Positions 51,401-63,957 of a stretch of 64,000 bases of DNA are shown piece after piece (positions within the stretch are counted from its first letter, which is position 1; each line of letters starts with the position of its first letter). The notes below the pieces were generated by a model. It was not told the origin of the DNA and did no database searches. It saw only the letters and a program-made list of their open reading frames with translations. Source of the DNA: Chrysomallon squamiferum (Eukaryota > Animalia > Mollusca); contig CM022672.1 in NCBI GenBank assembly GCA_012295275.1, forward strand, positions 11,036,001 through 11,100,000, read 5' to 3'. A program made the position numbers and the translations under genes.

Positions 51401-54400
51401 TTTATTTTTACTTTTACGTCATAATTTACTGAAATCTTTAATTCCTGTTCCATGCAGTAAACACTGCGTTGATCTCTTCCAAAGCATCATAACAGTATAT
51501 TCCATAAAATAATATTTTACAAAGGAAAAAAAATAGAAAACAATAGAAACATATTTTAGATTCTGAATTACAGACATGGATGAATGAGAATGCTGAAAGA
51601 ATGGATGCTCTGTCATATGCTGCCAATTAAAATAACAACAAATTAGATGTACGAACATATGTGAATCTTTTTCTCTTTTGCATCTTTTTTCTTCTTCTTT
51701 TTTTTAAATTCAACTGATTTAAAATATTAGTTCAACAAATGTAATTACAAATGAATAGAAACATAACAATAACAGAGAAAAACAAATCTGAAGGCATTAA
51801 GAGAAGCTATGAAAAAGATGTTAAGACTACTAGTTATGATATAAAGTAAAATGACAAGTTTGTTTGTTTCAGGCAAATAAAATCAAATGCAATTTCAAAT
51901 TTTGTGACAAAACAAATGGAAAAATAGATAAAATGGTAAATTATTAATGGAAACTTATTAAATGTTAGTTACATAATACTGATGTGGTGATATTATTTTT
52001 TTTTAATTTAAAATATTTCTTTAATAAACATTATCAAATATTACTTCAGATGAATAGACCCAATGACTAAGTCAGTAATAATTAGACCAAACATAACTGA
52101 ATTTAAAAAATAAAATAAACAATAAAATGACTGAAAACAAATTATAATAAAACTAAAATGTTATAAAATGTTAGATAATATTACTGATTGTTTTTGCTTT
52201 GTTTCAAAGTCAGTGATTTAAAATATTATCTTAGCAAATAACCTAATACATATATTCAAGTGAACAGAAAAATCTTGTGCCCAAAAACAACAACAGCAGC
52301 TTTATAATGACTAAGCTTTAAGACAAACATAAATACTGTTAGCTACATAATAATGAACTCTTCTATACACTTATTAATCAGTAATTATTTCAGCTGCTTC
52401 ATTTATGTCAATAATAAAGACAATTAAACTGTTACAGATTCTTTTGAATTAAATGACTGCCAAGTTCCACATCTTATTTTGATTGTTCTTTTGAGGGTGA
52501 CTGGAAAAATCTATAGGCAAAATAAAATGTTAATAGGTATATGAGATCACTGCCTTTCCAGTTGACCAAAGCTATTCACCTGTTAACAAGAACAGCCTTT
52601 AGGAACCTGTAGGGTTTGTAAACTGGAACAATGTCCGACTACTTGTTTAACCAATCTGACCCAAATCCACTTATTTAAATGAATAGAAATGGTTTCAAAC
52701 ATAATGTGACATAGTTACAATGAACAAAATCAAATAGAAAATAATAATAAGGTGATTAATAAAAAAAAAAAAGTAAAAAAAAAAAAAAAAAAAAAAAATA
52801 ACAAAAAAATAAATAAATAAATAAATTATAGATATAATAATGAGTGTTTTCTTTTGTTGTTGTTGCTGTTTTTAAAAAGTATTAATTAATCTGCTTTCAT
52901 TGATACAATATTCACCAATAATGAAAGGATTGTTTTGAATACTTTTTATTTTGACAAATTCTAAAAATATTTGAAAGAATAAATTTATTAAAAAATTATT
53001 AACACTAATATTAGTCTAAATTAAAAATATTTTATTCAGTTGCTTCTTTTCACCTACATAACTGGTTTGTGTGAGTTGTCCATGGATGCAAAGCAAAACA
53101 GTATAATAGTCCTTAGCAGTTAACATGTATAATGACAAAGGTATGTCTTTCAAGTATATGAAATCATTCAACCATATTTTAAGAACACCTAACCAGCTGT
53201 GCATGTAACAAAGTTTGTTATCTGCAGTTCAAAATATGAATATAATTTTGTTATATGAAACATATTTATGTTTGACCTGTGTCATTCTAGTGAACATGAA
53301 GACAGGTTTAAGCCTACTATATTGGAAAAACTGAACAGTGTGACATATTGTCTAACATATTGTTCCTCGGTACATTTTCTATTCCAGCCAATATACACTG
53401 GCTAGAATATGATTATGAATTTACTATCCACTGTTAAATTTAAAAGTATATTTACTTACTTAATGCTTCTTGTAAACCTTTTATTTTTCATTAAATTATT
53501 TTAAATCTTAGCATTCCTTAACACTGTTGATACAACCTCAAAATATTAGCATCCAGAAGGGACATTTTTCCACATATTCTCCAATATTTCATTACTAAAC
53601 TATCAAAAAATAATAATAATAAAAAAATATTTCCCATTCCAGTCTAGGCCAGTCTTATCATTGTACATTAGTTTATTGCTTGTTAGTGAAAACGGTACTT
53701 TATTTTAATTTTATTTTTAATCATTATTTATTGTAACTATAGCTTTTCACCAAAATATTATTATTAAACAATAAAAAAAAACACACATTCAATATCTAAT
53801 TAAAATACAAATAAATTTTGTTGATTTATCATTAAATTTTCATTCATTCCTAGTTAAGTATATTTGTATAACAATAATGCATAGTTCAATTTGAGATGTC
53901 AACCTTGAATCTGTTATTGTTATAAAGCAAACTTATTTAAACAAATACAAAAGCTTAACATAACAAAAGTGCCATTATTTCCACCAAATTTTACTATTAT
54001 GGCCATCATATGGTTTCTGTCTGAATGGACAGAAGACATTTACTGATCAATAAAAAAATAAATAATTGTATAAAAGCAATGGTTCATTTATTATATTGTA
54101 GACTATTACTGGTAAGTACATGTTACAGTGAAAATGTGAACTATCCAGCATCACTTGTCTGTGATCAATGATCAATGTCATGTGCATAGAATTTAACAAT
54201 TGTTTTATTTTCAATAACAGTAAAAATAAATTCGTTACATTTTGCTCTATCTATGCAAGGCAATAAAATTAGTCAGTCTGTATAAAAGCTGACCATCCCT
54301 ATTCTGAAATGGCTGGGGCCAAAGTGGTCCTGGATACCAGAATTTTGTTTTGATTTAGGATTATAAGGAGATAGCATAACAATGGAATCCAGTTCTAATA

Positions 54401-55689
54401 TAAAATCCATTTACCTGGTATATTTTATAAACATTTAATGATTATTTTTTATAAACATATTAAACACATAGACTGCAGTTTGTTTTACATAACATTTCAA
54501 ATAATACTGACCCCTTCCCATCACACTTTTACATTAAAAAAAACATAATCAAATAATTTGATTAGCTGCTTTTTCAGAGTGCATCAGAGTAATATTTCTT
54601 TTGGTTTTTTTTAATGTATATTTTTTATAAAATTTTCTTATGACATTAGCCACATACTGTAATTTGAAATATTTACATATGAACATCCTATTAATCAAAT
54701 TAAAAAAAAAAAAAAAAAAAAAATTATTTTGTTTATAACTTTACATGATACATATACAAATACACACACATATATATGTACACCTATATAGAGAAAATCA
54801 TAAACATCTGCAAAGCAAATATGCTATTTAAAACTATCAAAATGACATACAGTTTACAACAAATTATTACAAAATATGAATAAGCATTATAGATGAGCCA
54901 TAACAACTATTACAGCACTTTAATGAGTTTTCACAAGTTATATCACTGATTATCTACATGGATTTTTCTTTCAGCTTGTGCTCCATAATTAATTTTTTAA
55001 GATATATAATTTCTTTTACAGTTGTCCTCAGAGCAATATGGCCAAGTCAAGGTTACTACTTAATTAATTTAACCCAGATTGTGGTATGTGTTCTCCTGCC
55101 AACAGGAAACAATAGGTGTGTCTGTCATGTCACAATTTATTAAAAAAAAAAAAAAACGACCACTATCTAACAGCTACATTAACTGTTAGTTATATAAATG
55201 ACAATATTTATTAAAAATTTTTATAATAATCGGGTCTATAATTATGTTCAATGACCTCAGAGTAAAATATACAACTATTACTAAAACATTCACATTTCAA
55301 TCTAAACGTTGTTATTATTAGGTGAGATACAGTTATGTGGAAATCTTTTTCTAAGGTGTTTCAAAGTTATTTGTTAATTCAAAATATACACATTGAAAAG
55401 AAACTACATTAACATCAACAGTTCAGAATTTTTTTTTTTTTTTCCATCTTTAAAGTTTAAGTATTCAGATAAAATCCAAACACTCCTATTACTGGTTTTC
55501 TATTACTTTTGCAACTTGATACATAACTTAATCAGTAATGTTTTTTTTTTTTTTTTTTTTTTTTGGGTCACTTTATTCAGTAAGAAAAAAAAAAATCTGA
55601 TCTGTTACCTAGAGGAGACTACTAAAACTGAACCACCAGTGTATTTATACATGAATTAATAATTCTCCAATCTAACCAGAAAAACTTAC

Positions 55690-55876
55690 CATCAGGAAAT
55701 AAATAGTTTAGTAATGGGAGCTTTCCAGAATGTTTCCTCCAGAGTTTCAATACATAATCTTCCCATCGCACCATTTTCCCAAGAATCAGCATTACAGGAA
55801 TTGTGGGTAAACCAATGAGGAGGAAAAGCGGATCAGCTCGTTCCATGACATTCAGACCCTCCTTATGACCAAGTAC
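55690..55876 (-). CDS. MARCHF5: MARCHF5 exon 4 (second TM segment)
   Basis: Acceptor aacag, donor gtaagt. Translates VLGHKEGLNVMERADPLFLLIGLPTIPVMLILGKMVRWEDYVLKLWRKHSGKLPLLNYLFPD. Confidence 0.97.
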
Positions 55877-56538
55877 CTGTTCATGTTTAAAGATAAATTA
55901 GTTTTGTGATAAACAGTCGAAATAAAAATAATTATTGTTCTCAAACACCACCAGAAAAAAAGACTCGATATTTACAGAAAGAAATGTTTCTATGTCAGAT
56001 ATAAAATAGTTCAAATCTGATTTCATAAAAAATTATATATTAGTTTAAAAGAAATATAATAATTATCATTTAATACGATTTAAGCAGAAAATTCGTATGA
56101 GAAAGAGAATCTGTAAGTATACCATAAAAATATTTCAAACTGCTGACAGATTAAAAAAAAGTAAAGCAAACATAAGAGTCAAAAGCAAAAATTAAAAACA
56201 CTATACATTAATAAAATTTCAATTGTTTTTTTTAGATGACATTACTAAATGTATTTCATTCTAAAATTGTTTTAAAGTAAAATCCCTCAAAAATATATAT
56301 GAAAGAGGCATATATGTTTAAATGTAAAGGTGTTTAGAAAATGAAAACAGGCTACAAAACATTCAGATGTTTTGTCTCATAATATCTAATCATGATAAAA
56401 CCATTTACACATAAAACTTGCTATGCTTTCAACAATAAAATGAATGGTGTAAGGAGACCAGGGACTTGCTCTTTCAAATACTAAAAATATTCCAAAATTC
56501 TTGGAAAACTATTTTGCCCAAATGAATGATGAACTGAC

Positions 56539-56669
56539 CTGCATAACTGTGACTGCACCATAAGTGACTGCTGTCCAGTACACTGAACCTACAAAGATGC
56601 CACCAGCCACAAAAGGGCACATTTTGTATATAACTTTATCTGCAATATCCATTATATAGACTACTGGCC
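56539..56669 (-). CDS. MARCHF5: MARCHF5 exon 3 (first TM segment)
   Basis: Acceptor ttttcag, donor gtcagt. Translates GPVVYIMDIADKVIYKMCPFVAGGIFVGSVYWTAVTYGAVTVMQ. Confidence 0.97.
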
Positions 56670-56927
56670 CTGAAAATAAAAATGAAAGCAAACTTTAATA
56701 ATATCGCTTGTGATAGTGTTAAACAAACAAATCTGATAAAACTAATTTATTACGAAAAAAGACAGATCACATGTTCAGCCAGTTTCTGATTTTCCAAAAT
56801 ACTTGTCTCTTTACGTTTTGTATCATATATTGTGAAAAAACACAAAAAGCAACAACAAACTTTGAGTATCATAAAAAGGTAAGACTACCATTAACAATCA
56901 TGTGTTTCATTAATTTCTAAAGCTTAC

Positions 56928-57133
56928 CTAACTTTGGAAATATTATCATGTATTCAGTATTGCATTGTGGGCAAGCTACTTTGGCAGTGCTGTTTCCTTT
57001 TTGTTTTTCATCAATCCATCGTTGCAGACAGTTTTGGTGAACCCATTTAGTTGTCCCTCGACAAAGGCAAGGTCGTACCCATGAAGCATCATGGTCATCA
57101 TCATCAGTGGCAAAACAAACCCAACAAGAACGT
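56928..57133 (-). CDS. MARCHF5: MARCHF5 exon 2, RING-CH domain
   Basis: Acceptor tctttag, donor gtaagc. Translates RSCWVCFATDDDDHDASWVRPCLCRGTTKWVHQNCLQRWIDEKQKGNSTAKVACPQCNTEYMIIFPKL (C4HC3 RINGv). Not in the supplied ORF track. Confidence 0.97.
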
Positions 57134-57669
57134 CTAAAGAAAAAAATAATCTAAATTATGAACAGAAATAAAATAATAATAAATCAACAATGTGTGGGTT
57201 AACTAGACATTATAATAGAGTGAACAGTCGCAATAACTGTCTGATTGTATTTACTGGATAAACAGTGGCAAATTCATGTTTTGAAATTTATTTTATTTTC
57301 TATTTTTATATATCACAGAAAGTTTTATTAATTTTATAAGGTACCAATATTAGTGTTTTCATATAATTGTTCTCAAGAGTCTATTATTAACCTGCCTCCA
57401 GATCATCAAAAGTAAGCACCCATTCAGTTTTGTACAACTGTCAACCCTTACAATAGTATTCAATAATAATGTATATGTTGATTAGCATCAGTTGGTGTAC
57501 AGAAAAATTTCTTAGTATTATTAACTATTACTCATTATTATTAAATTGTTTTATTGTGCAGTAAAATATATTTAAAATTTACTCGGTTACTATACTGTAT
57601 ATAGGGTATACAAGGTTAACTCGGCAAATGCTGTTATTATTAAAATTCAGGTTAGAAATGCAAAATCAC

Positions 57670-57704
57670 CTGTTGTCATCGTCTTTTGATCTACTCTGTG
57701 ACAT
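57670..57704 (-). CDS. MARCHF5: MARCHF5 coding exon 1 (MSQSRSKDDDN-R)
   Basis: ATG at 57704-57702, 35 nt, donor AG|GTGATT. Phase 2 joins exon 2 in frame. The length equals the vertebrate first coding exon as I recall it. Confidence 0.85.
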
Positions 57705-57976
57705 TTCGGTAACAATATTTTTGTACAAATATGATGTGAAATTAATACAGTACAATTTAAAGCCTTGAGTTTGAGGCTCAAAAAAGTTTCATTTAACACG
57801 TCCTAAGTGTGCTGGTATTCTTGATAAGCAAACATTTCATTTAAAATAATCTACTAGGCTTGTAATAAAATAAGTTAAGTAATAACTTTGTAAATTTGTT
57901 GCAACACGAAGATTATGCTTATACTATTTTGATTTTTAAACATAATTTGCACTTAAGTCACACAGATCTTTCCTCT

Positions 57977-58012
57977 CGGAAGTTGTAATAACGGAAGTCG
58001 TTTGCCGGAAGT
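57977..58012. promoter_or_regulatory. Cluster of three ETS/GABP-type sites; probable MARCHF5 (possibly bidirectional) promoter
   Basis: CGGAAGT at 57977, 57992 and 58006, about 270-310 bp upstream of the ATG, in locally CpG-retaining sequence. Confidence 0.7.
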
Positions 58013-58830
58013 TTGAAGGGAGCTGTTCTTATTTCAGAATGTAAATGTTTTTGGCGTCGTACAGTAGCAGCGGCAGCAACACCAACAATAACATTAATAA
58101 ATAAAATAAAATAAGCAAAAACTCCAGAAAATTGTTTTAATCTCATCTATTCGTTAGAAATGTAACATTTTGTCAAAGGCGTAATAAACTAATTCAAAGC
58201 TCTTAAAGCCATACTCAAAAGTTCTGTATCTTAACACATAGCCCACCTCTGTCATATTTTATGGATTAGAAATATTCATGCATATGATGATGAATTTTAG
58301 TACTGCAAAAACTTAAAGAAAAGAAAAACACATGGTCACAATGGTACGATATTAAAATTAAAATAATAGTAAATAATAACATGGGAGATCTATCTTTATT
58401 TTTAAACATAATCATAAATAAAATGTTCCTTGTTTAAAGAAGGAAATAGTTTACAAAAGATAACAATATTTAAATTTAAATGATGACGTTGAATTAGAAT
58501 GCTGCCAAATTACACAAGTCCAGTATAGGTCTTCAGTCTTTTATTATAAATATGGTTAATGTAATATTTATTTCTTTTTTAATTCGTATTTATTTTAAAA
58601 TATAGCTTTGTTTATCTGTATTAATAATTTAAAAGATTTTGTCTCCCAATAATTTGTTTTGCATTATATTTATTTATTTATATTCATATATTTTAACCGA
58701 TTTCCATAGAAATATCAGTAATATTACTGATTAATCAAGAATAGCGCCAGTCATCAAACATAATTTCATGTATCTACTTTTATAAAACATATTAAAAATT
58801 ATATCCAGGAAAATGATTATTTATTTGGAG

Positions 58831-58834
<4 letters not shown>

Positions 58835-58910
<76 letters not shown>
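58835..58910. repeat. (GA)n microsatellite
   Basis: Direct reading. Confidence 0.97.
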
Positions 58911-58913
<3 letters not shown>

Positions 58914-59439
58914 TATTTCCTTTTTTCTTATTAAATCGAAGTAAAAGGGCCGATTTAATCCTGCTTGTATGTTTTACTAATCTTTTAAGAATTTTTATTT
59001 TATCAGTAATTTTCATAAATAGCGCCGTTCAAGTTATTTTCTAAAAAGGTTCAATAGTACTTTTACCTATATAACGATTTCATTTCTTATAATTTTTATC
59101 GCGCGCCACACACACACACACACACACACAAATATTAAATATTTAATGTAATTTTATGGATCACAATTACTTTTTATCTCATTCGTTTTGTTGTTATTAC
59201 CACTACTATTACTACTATTACTACTACTACTGCTGCTGCTGCTGCTACTGGAAAAGTCACTGAATTCATATGCAAGTGTCATGGTGACGGTAGACCAATA
59301 TCTAAACGGTAGGTGTTTATTAAACAAAAAATGTTTCTTAATTTATTCATTAAATTATGATTTAAAATGCGATCACATCAGCTGTATTAAAATGTGAACA
59401 TGGTTTAAAACAGTGTGTCACAGTTCCATTATCTCTCAA

Positions 59440-59441
<2 letters not shown>

Positions 59442-59534
<93 letters not shown>
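59442..59534. repeat. Compound (TG)n(AG)n microsatellite
   Basis: Direct reading. Confidence 0.97.
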
Positions 59535-59537
<3 letters not shown>

Positions 59538-60140
59538 ACTCAAAAATAACGAGAACTACAAGTTCAGAAGGAGGCATACACTGACTGTGATTTCCGTTTT
59601 CAAACTGAAATTTAATACATCTTTCTTCTTTCTTTTTTATTTGTCTTTTTTGTAAAATTTGACTACTAGGACTAACTTTAATATAATTTTGAAAAAATTT
59701 ATGTAATAACGTTTATGCTATTACAAAAAAAAAAAAAAAAGAAGAAGAAAAAACCCCACTCTAATACAACAATTTTATTTGCTATACTTATTTCACACAC
59801 AATAGCATTTTCTATTACGTCGTTGCTGTTGTAAGAAGACGAAGAAACAAACAAACAAAAAATCCGCCATTACATTCTTCGTTTTATATTTAATATAATT
59901 TTATAGATAAAAATTTGTTCCTAATTTTTCTTTTCATTCTTTCATTTTCTCTTGTTTTTCTTCTTACTATTCTTTTCTCTGTTCGTTTTTTCTTCTAAAA
60001 AAATTCACTGAATGCACGTGTAGTGAAATATGACAAGTTATTTTGAGTGACACGTGTCATGGCGAGGTGACATAACGAGATGCCATGTTGAAGTTATAAA
60101 AAAAAAAGAAGCAAAGTGCCACATGTTCATTAAAATTTAA

Positions 60141-60177
<37 letters not shown>

Positions 60178-60884
60178 TATACATTAATATCTAATAGCCT
60201 TTTTCATTTAAAAAGATAAACGATTACATTGGTATATTTTCAGCAATAATCTGTCACAATTTTTCAGAGAGAAAGAGAGTTGTTAAAGGATTGTCACCAA
60301 CAATTTTCTTTTTGTCTATTTTTTTCTTTGATTATTATTTAGTAACTTTAATTTTAGGAATATTTATTTACCTATTTATTCTACGCTAATCATAAGCAGT
60401 TATTTCTTCTATTTTATTTTTTATTTTTGCTACAAATGAAAACCTCAGTTTCAGTTTTAGCAGATAAGATGTTAATTTCATTTTGTTATTATTATATCAA
60501 AAAGAACATTAAAACGTTTGCCATATTATACAGAGATTCTATTACAAGCAAGTACGTAGTTCTACTAAATCGATAGTAACTTAGCTAACAGGAAATATTA
60601 CGTTGTATGAAGGTTTTTTTTTTTTTTTTTTTTAATTTTTGTGTCACCCCTATCAGTGCTGTCCTTTTAATTACGTCTCGTTTTGGCCAAGAAATACGAA
60701 AAACATTAATTATTTTCCCAGCTAGAACAATTCAAGGCCTTTCCTCCTGGAGATTAATTTACAATAAATTATAGTCAATTCTTTGAAACTGCTAACTTGT
60801 CATAAAATGTGAAAAATATAGTTTGATTCTAATAAGCTATTATGTCTTTATGATATATATATATTTTAATTTTAAAATTATTTT

Positions 60885-61023
60885 TTTTTTTTTGTGAAAG
60901 GAAAGATGGTGTTTTTTATTTTGATCTCAGGATATTTAATATATAAATCAAAAACTATTTATGATTATGTATTAAATATCTTAAGATCAAAATAAAAAAC
61001 ACCATCTTCAATTCACAAAAAAA
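60885..61023. repeat. Long imperfect palindrome (fold-back/MITE-like)
   Basis: AAGATGGTGTTTTTTATTTTGATCT pairs with AGATCAAAATAAAAAACACCATCTT, inner GATATTTAATA with TATTAAATATC, and outer TTTTGTGAA with TTCACAAAA. Confidence 0.85.
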
Positions 61024-61280
61024 TAAATAAATAAATAAAAATTAATTCATTGTAAATATAACAGCTTTACGAAGTGCTTATTGGTATAATTACTATCAAA
61101 AAGGTTTTTCTGACGATGCAGGTTTTCACTTTGGTCTCTACATACGTATTCTGATAATACTCTCGTAAACAAATGGGCGACATATGGCGCATTGTGTCAG
61201 ATGCCGCATATATCGACTTTTCTCAAACATATCAATGATTAAGTATTAACAGCTGTCAAAACTGCAGCAGGTGTTTTCAG

Positions 61281-61345
61281 ACGTACTTGTACTCTGCAGA
61301 TCTGCAGAATCTTGTCATAGCACTGACAGACGCAAGAGAAAAAAG
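61281..61345 (+). other. Candidate 5' exon of a divergent plus-strand transcript (left edge uncertain)
   Basis: Consensus donor AAG|GTGAGT at 61345/61346 after a GC-richer, CpG-containing block. Possible acceptor ttttcag ends at 61280. Confidence 0.4.
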
Positions 61346-62450
61346 GTGAGTTTGTAGAAAGATGGACGTAATCAGTAAAATACGATCTTGTTTTATTTTA
61401 ATCATTTTGTTAAGCATATCGTAGGTAAAATTGTAATAAATGAAGTTTAACCTTTCGCTCTGATGATGGTGGTATTTTTTTTTTTTTTTTTATTTAAATT
61501 TCAATGAATGTGTTTGGGACCTATAGTTATATGATTAGGTGCACGAGTTTATATATGGCTCTGTTTTGAATACTGATGACTAGGTATACATAAATTATGA
61601 TTGTACATAAAATTATGCATATGTTTACAAAACGGTTTACCACAACTAAACGCACAGACATATATAGTTATAAAATACAGAATATGATAATTATATAATA
61701 TAAACATGATAGTAAGGCATAAAAATAGATTTCGTGTTCTTCATTTTAATAATTACATCAACTTCAACAGATTTCTACACCATCTTTCGTCATGCAATAT
61801 TTACAAATAACTTTTGTCAAAACACTTAATCTCCTTCAGACAATCAGTTTTGTAACCTTTTGTGTATCAAATTCATGTTTAGTATATCTTCTAATTATCA
61901 CCACATGTTCTTTGAAGAAAACCGTGTAATTCTGCCTGAAGTAAAACTAAAAATATGAAACAAACACGTCAACGACACCACCACGGTTGACAAAACAGAA
62001 GTAGTTAAAAACAGACAAAATGGTGTTTATTTATTATTATTTAGTAATGAAAAGAATGCTATTGATGATAACCAACTGCTAGCGGTAATTAAATAAAAAA
62101 ATATAAAAAAATAAATTCAGTATATTGTGAGCAAAATATTTAATATGTCTACTATACCATTCACCGTCACAACATGCCTAAAACGTTTTTTTATTTAATT
62201 AAGGCATAAACTATACCATATTTGAAGTTACAATCATCAAATATTTTTGTTGCGCATATACGCATTGATATTCAATAAAAATTTTGATTAGTCTTTATTT
62301 ATTTTTGATAGTCAGTTATCTGTGTTTGCTTGATCTACCTTCAAACTATGAATATCTACCCATCAAGCGATAGGTCAAGCATAGGCCCATTTTAAATTTT
62401 ATTTATTTATTTAACGATTCAGCATTTACTTTATGGCGAATTACTATTAC

Positions 62451-62484
<34 letters not shown>

Positions 62485-62787
62485 GAAAGGTAGTGTTGTT
62501 GTTGTAGTTATTATTATTATTACTATCATCATCACCATCGTCACAATTATTTATTAATATTCGAAACCTTATGGCTTCTCGGCGACTGAAAATAATTCAG
62601 TCTGACGATCGCAATAAAATATAGAAACATTTCTTCAGCAAATGTAAAATAAAATAAAAGAAATAAACAACAACAACAACAACAACACCACTACCAATAA
62701 TAATAATAATAATAATAATAACAACAACAAATATAGTTAGAATATTTATAAACACAGTTAATAATTCGCATTAAAAATTATATACAC

Positions 62788-62984
62788 GGCCGTAACATCA
62801 TTGAGATAAATGAGGCAAACTGACGATTTTTTTTTTTCTCTCATTTTTTAAATATAAAATATAAATGGCTAGAATCAAGGTTTTTGCGTCTTTCATGTCG
62901 GACCCCTAATTTTTTTTTTTTTGCCCCGCTCCGATCGGCGATTAACTGTTTTTGCCTCATTTCAAAAAGAGTCATGTTACGGCC
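62788..62984. mobile_element. MITE-like element, about 200 bp
   Basis: Terminal inverted repeats GGCCGTAACAT / ATGTTACGGCC plus subterminal AAATGAGGCAAA / TTTGCCTCATTT. TSD unclear. Confidence 0.75.
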
Positions 62985-63781
62985 ATCTTACAAGAATCAT
63001 AATTATACTGGATTTATCATAAATAATTAAGATGAATATCCGAAATATTCGTCAAAACCTTTTTCTTAATTTGTATTAATGTGGCTAAAATAATAATATT
63101 AGTCTGAGAATTGAAAACACACACACACACTGTAATTACATTAGAAATGTCAATAGGAATTAAATCCGTGGGCATAAATAACAGAACTACTAAAACAAAC
63201 AAAACAACAAATAAGAATAAAAAAATTTAAAAAAAAAAATATAATATAAAATAAAATAAAATAAAACATAAATAACAAATAACTACACTATAGATATATA
63301 AAAAATTTTAAAAATTTAAAAATAGAAATAAAATTAAAAAAGTAAATAAAATTTAATAATAATAATAATAAACAAATAAAGAGGAATATATAAATATTTT
63401 ACTTGGAATTAACAAAAAATTTACAAAATAAAATAAAATAAAATAAAATAAAATAACATTTAAAAATAAAGGGGAATCAACTCATGTTGGATAATGTAAA
63501 AACTACTCGAATTTAATTTTTATTAAACAAAACTACACCAAAAGTTAATGAAAAAATTAAAAATTAATATCAGTAATCACCTAGACTTCATTTCTGTTAA
63601 TATATTTCTACACTGAATGAATGCCCTTAGCGCATGCTTCTTATTATGTATGATATGCGAATATATATATTTTCTCTCAATTTTATTGACGTCAACATCC
63701 AACAGAGCTAAATCGAACGAATGGCAACCTGTCGACATGAACACACCTCCGTGAACCCTAACCATGTATAACTATTTTTAG

Positions 63782-63831
63782 TCTGTTTCAAGCAACTCCA
63801 TTTGATCTGCGCTGTACATATTGCGATATAC
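63782..63831 (+). other. Candidate 50-nt exon of the divergent transcript
   Basis: Acceptor tatttttag and donor GTAAGT at 63832, followed by a 126-bp intron-like stretch ending in tttatttcag. Confidence 0.35.
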
Positions 63832-63957
63832 GTAAGTGGGCTTGGTGAGATATTTACTTAACAAAAACACATACTTGATTATTTTCAGAGACTTATTACA
63901 ATTATTATAAGCTTTTAGTACGATATCCTTGTTCTAAGTTAATAATATTTATTTCAG

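Larger units (their letters stand above)
10409..55689 (-). other. MARCHF5 intron 4, 45,281 bp
   Basis: GTAAGT donor at 55689 and CAG acceptor at 10409. Exons 4 and 5 join in frame with no obvious missing MARCH5 segment. Confidence 0.9.
8816..57704 (-). other. MARCHF5: MARCHF5 (MARCH5/MITOL) gene span, start codon to stop codon; 6 coding exons, 870 nt CDS, 289 aa
   Basis: Six exons (35+206+131+187+164+147 nt) join in frame through GT-AG introns with phases 2,1,0,1,0. The product has an N-terminal C4HC3 RING-CH domain followed by the hydrophobic segments typical of MARCH5. Confidence 0.97.

Noticed and set aside
62560-62650. Hammerhead ribozyme (CTGACGA ... GAAAC ATTT/AAATGTA, adjacent hairpin)
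   Set aside because: Stem II cannot form, and no single topology gives both stem I and a UH cleavage triplet.
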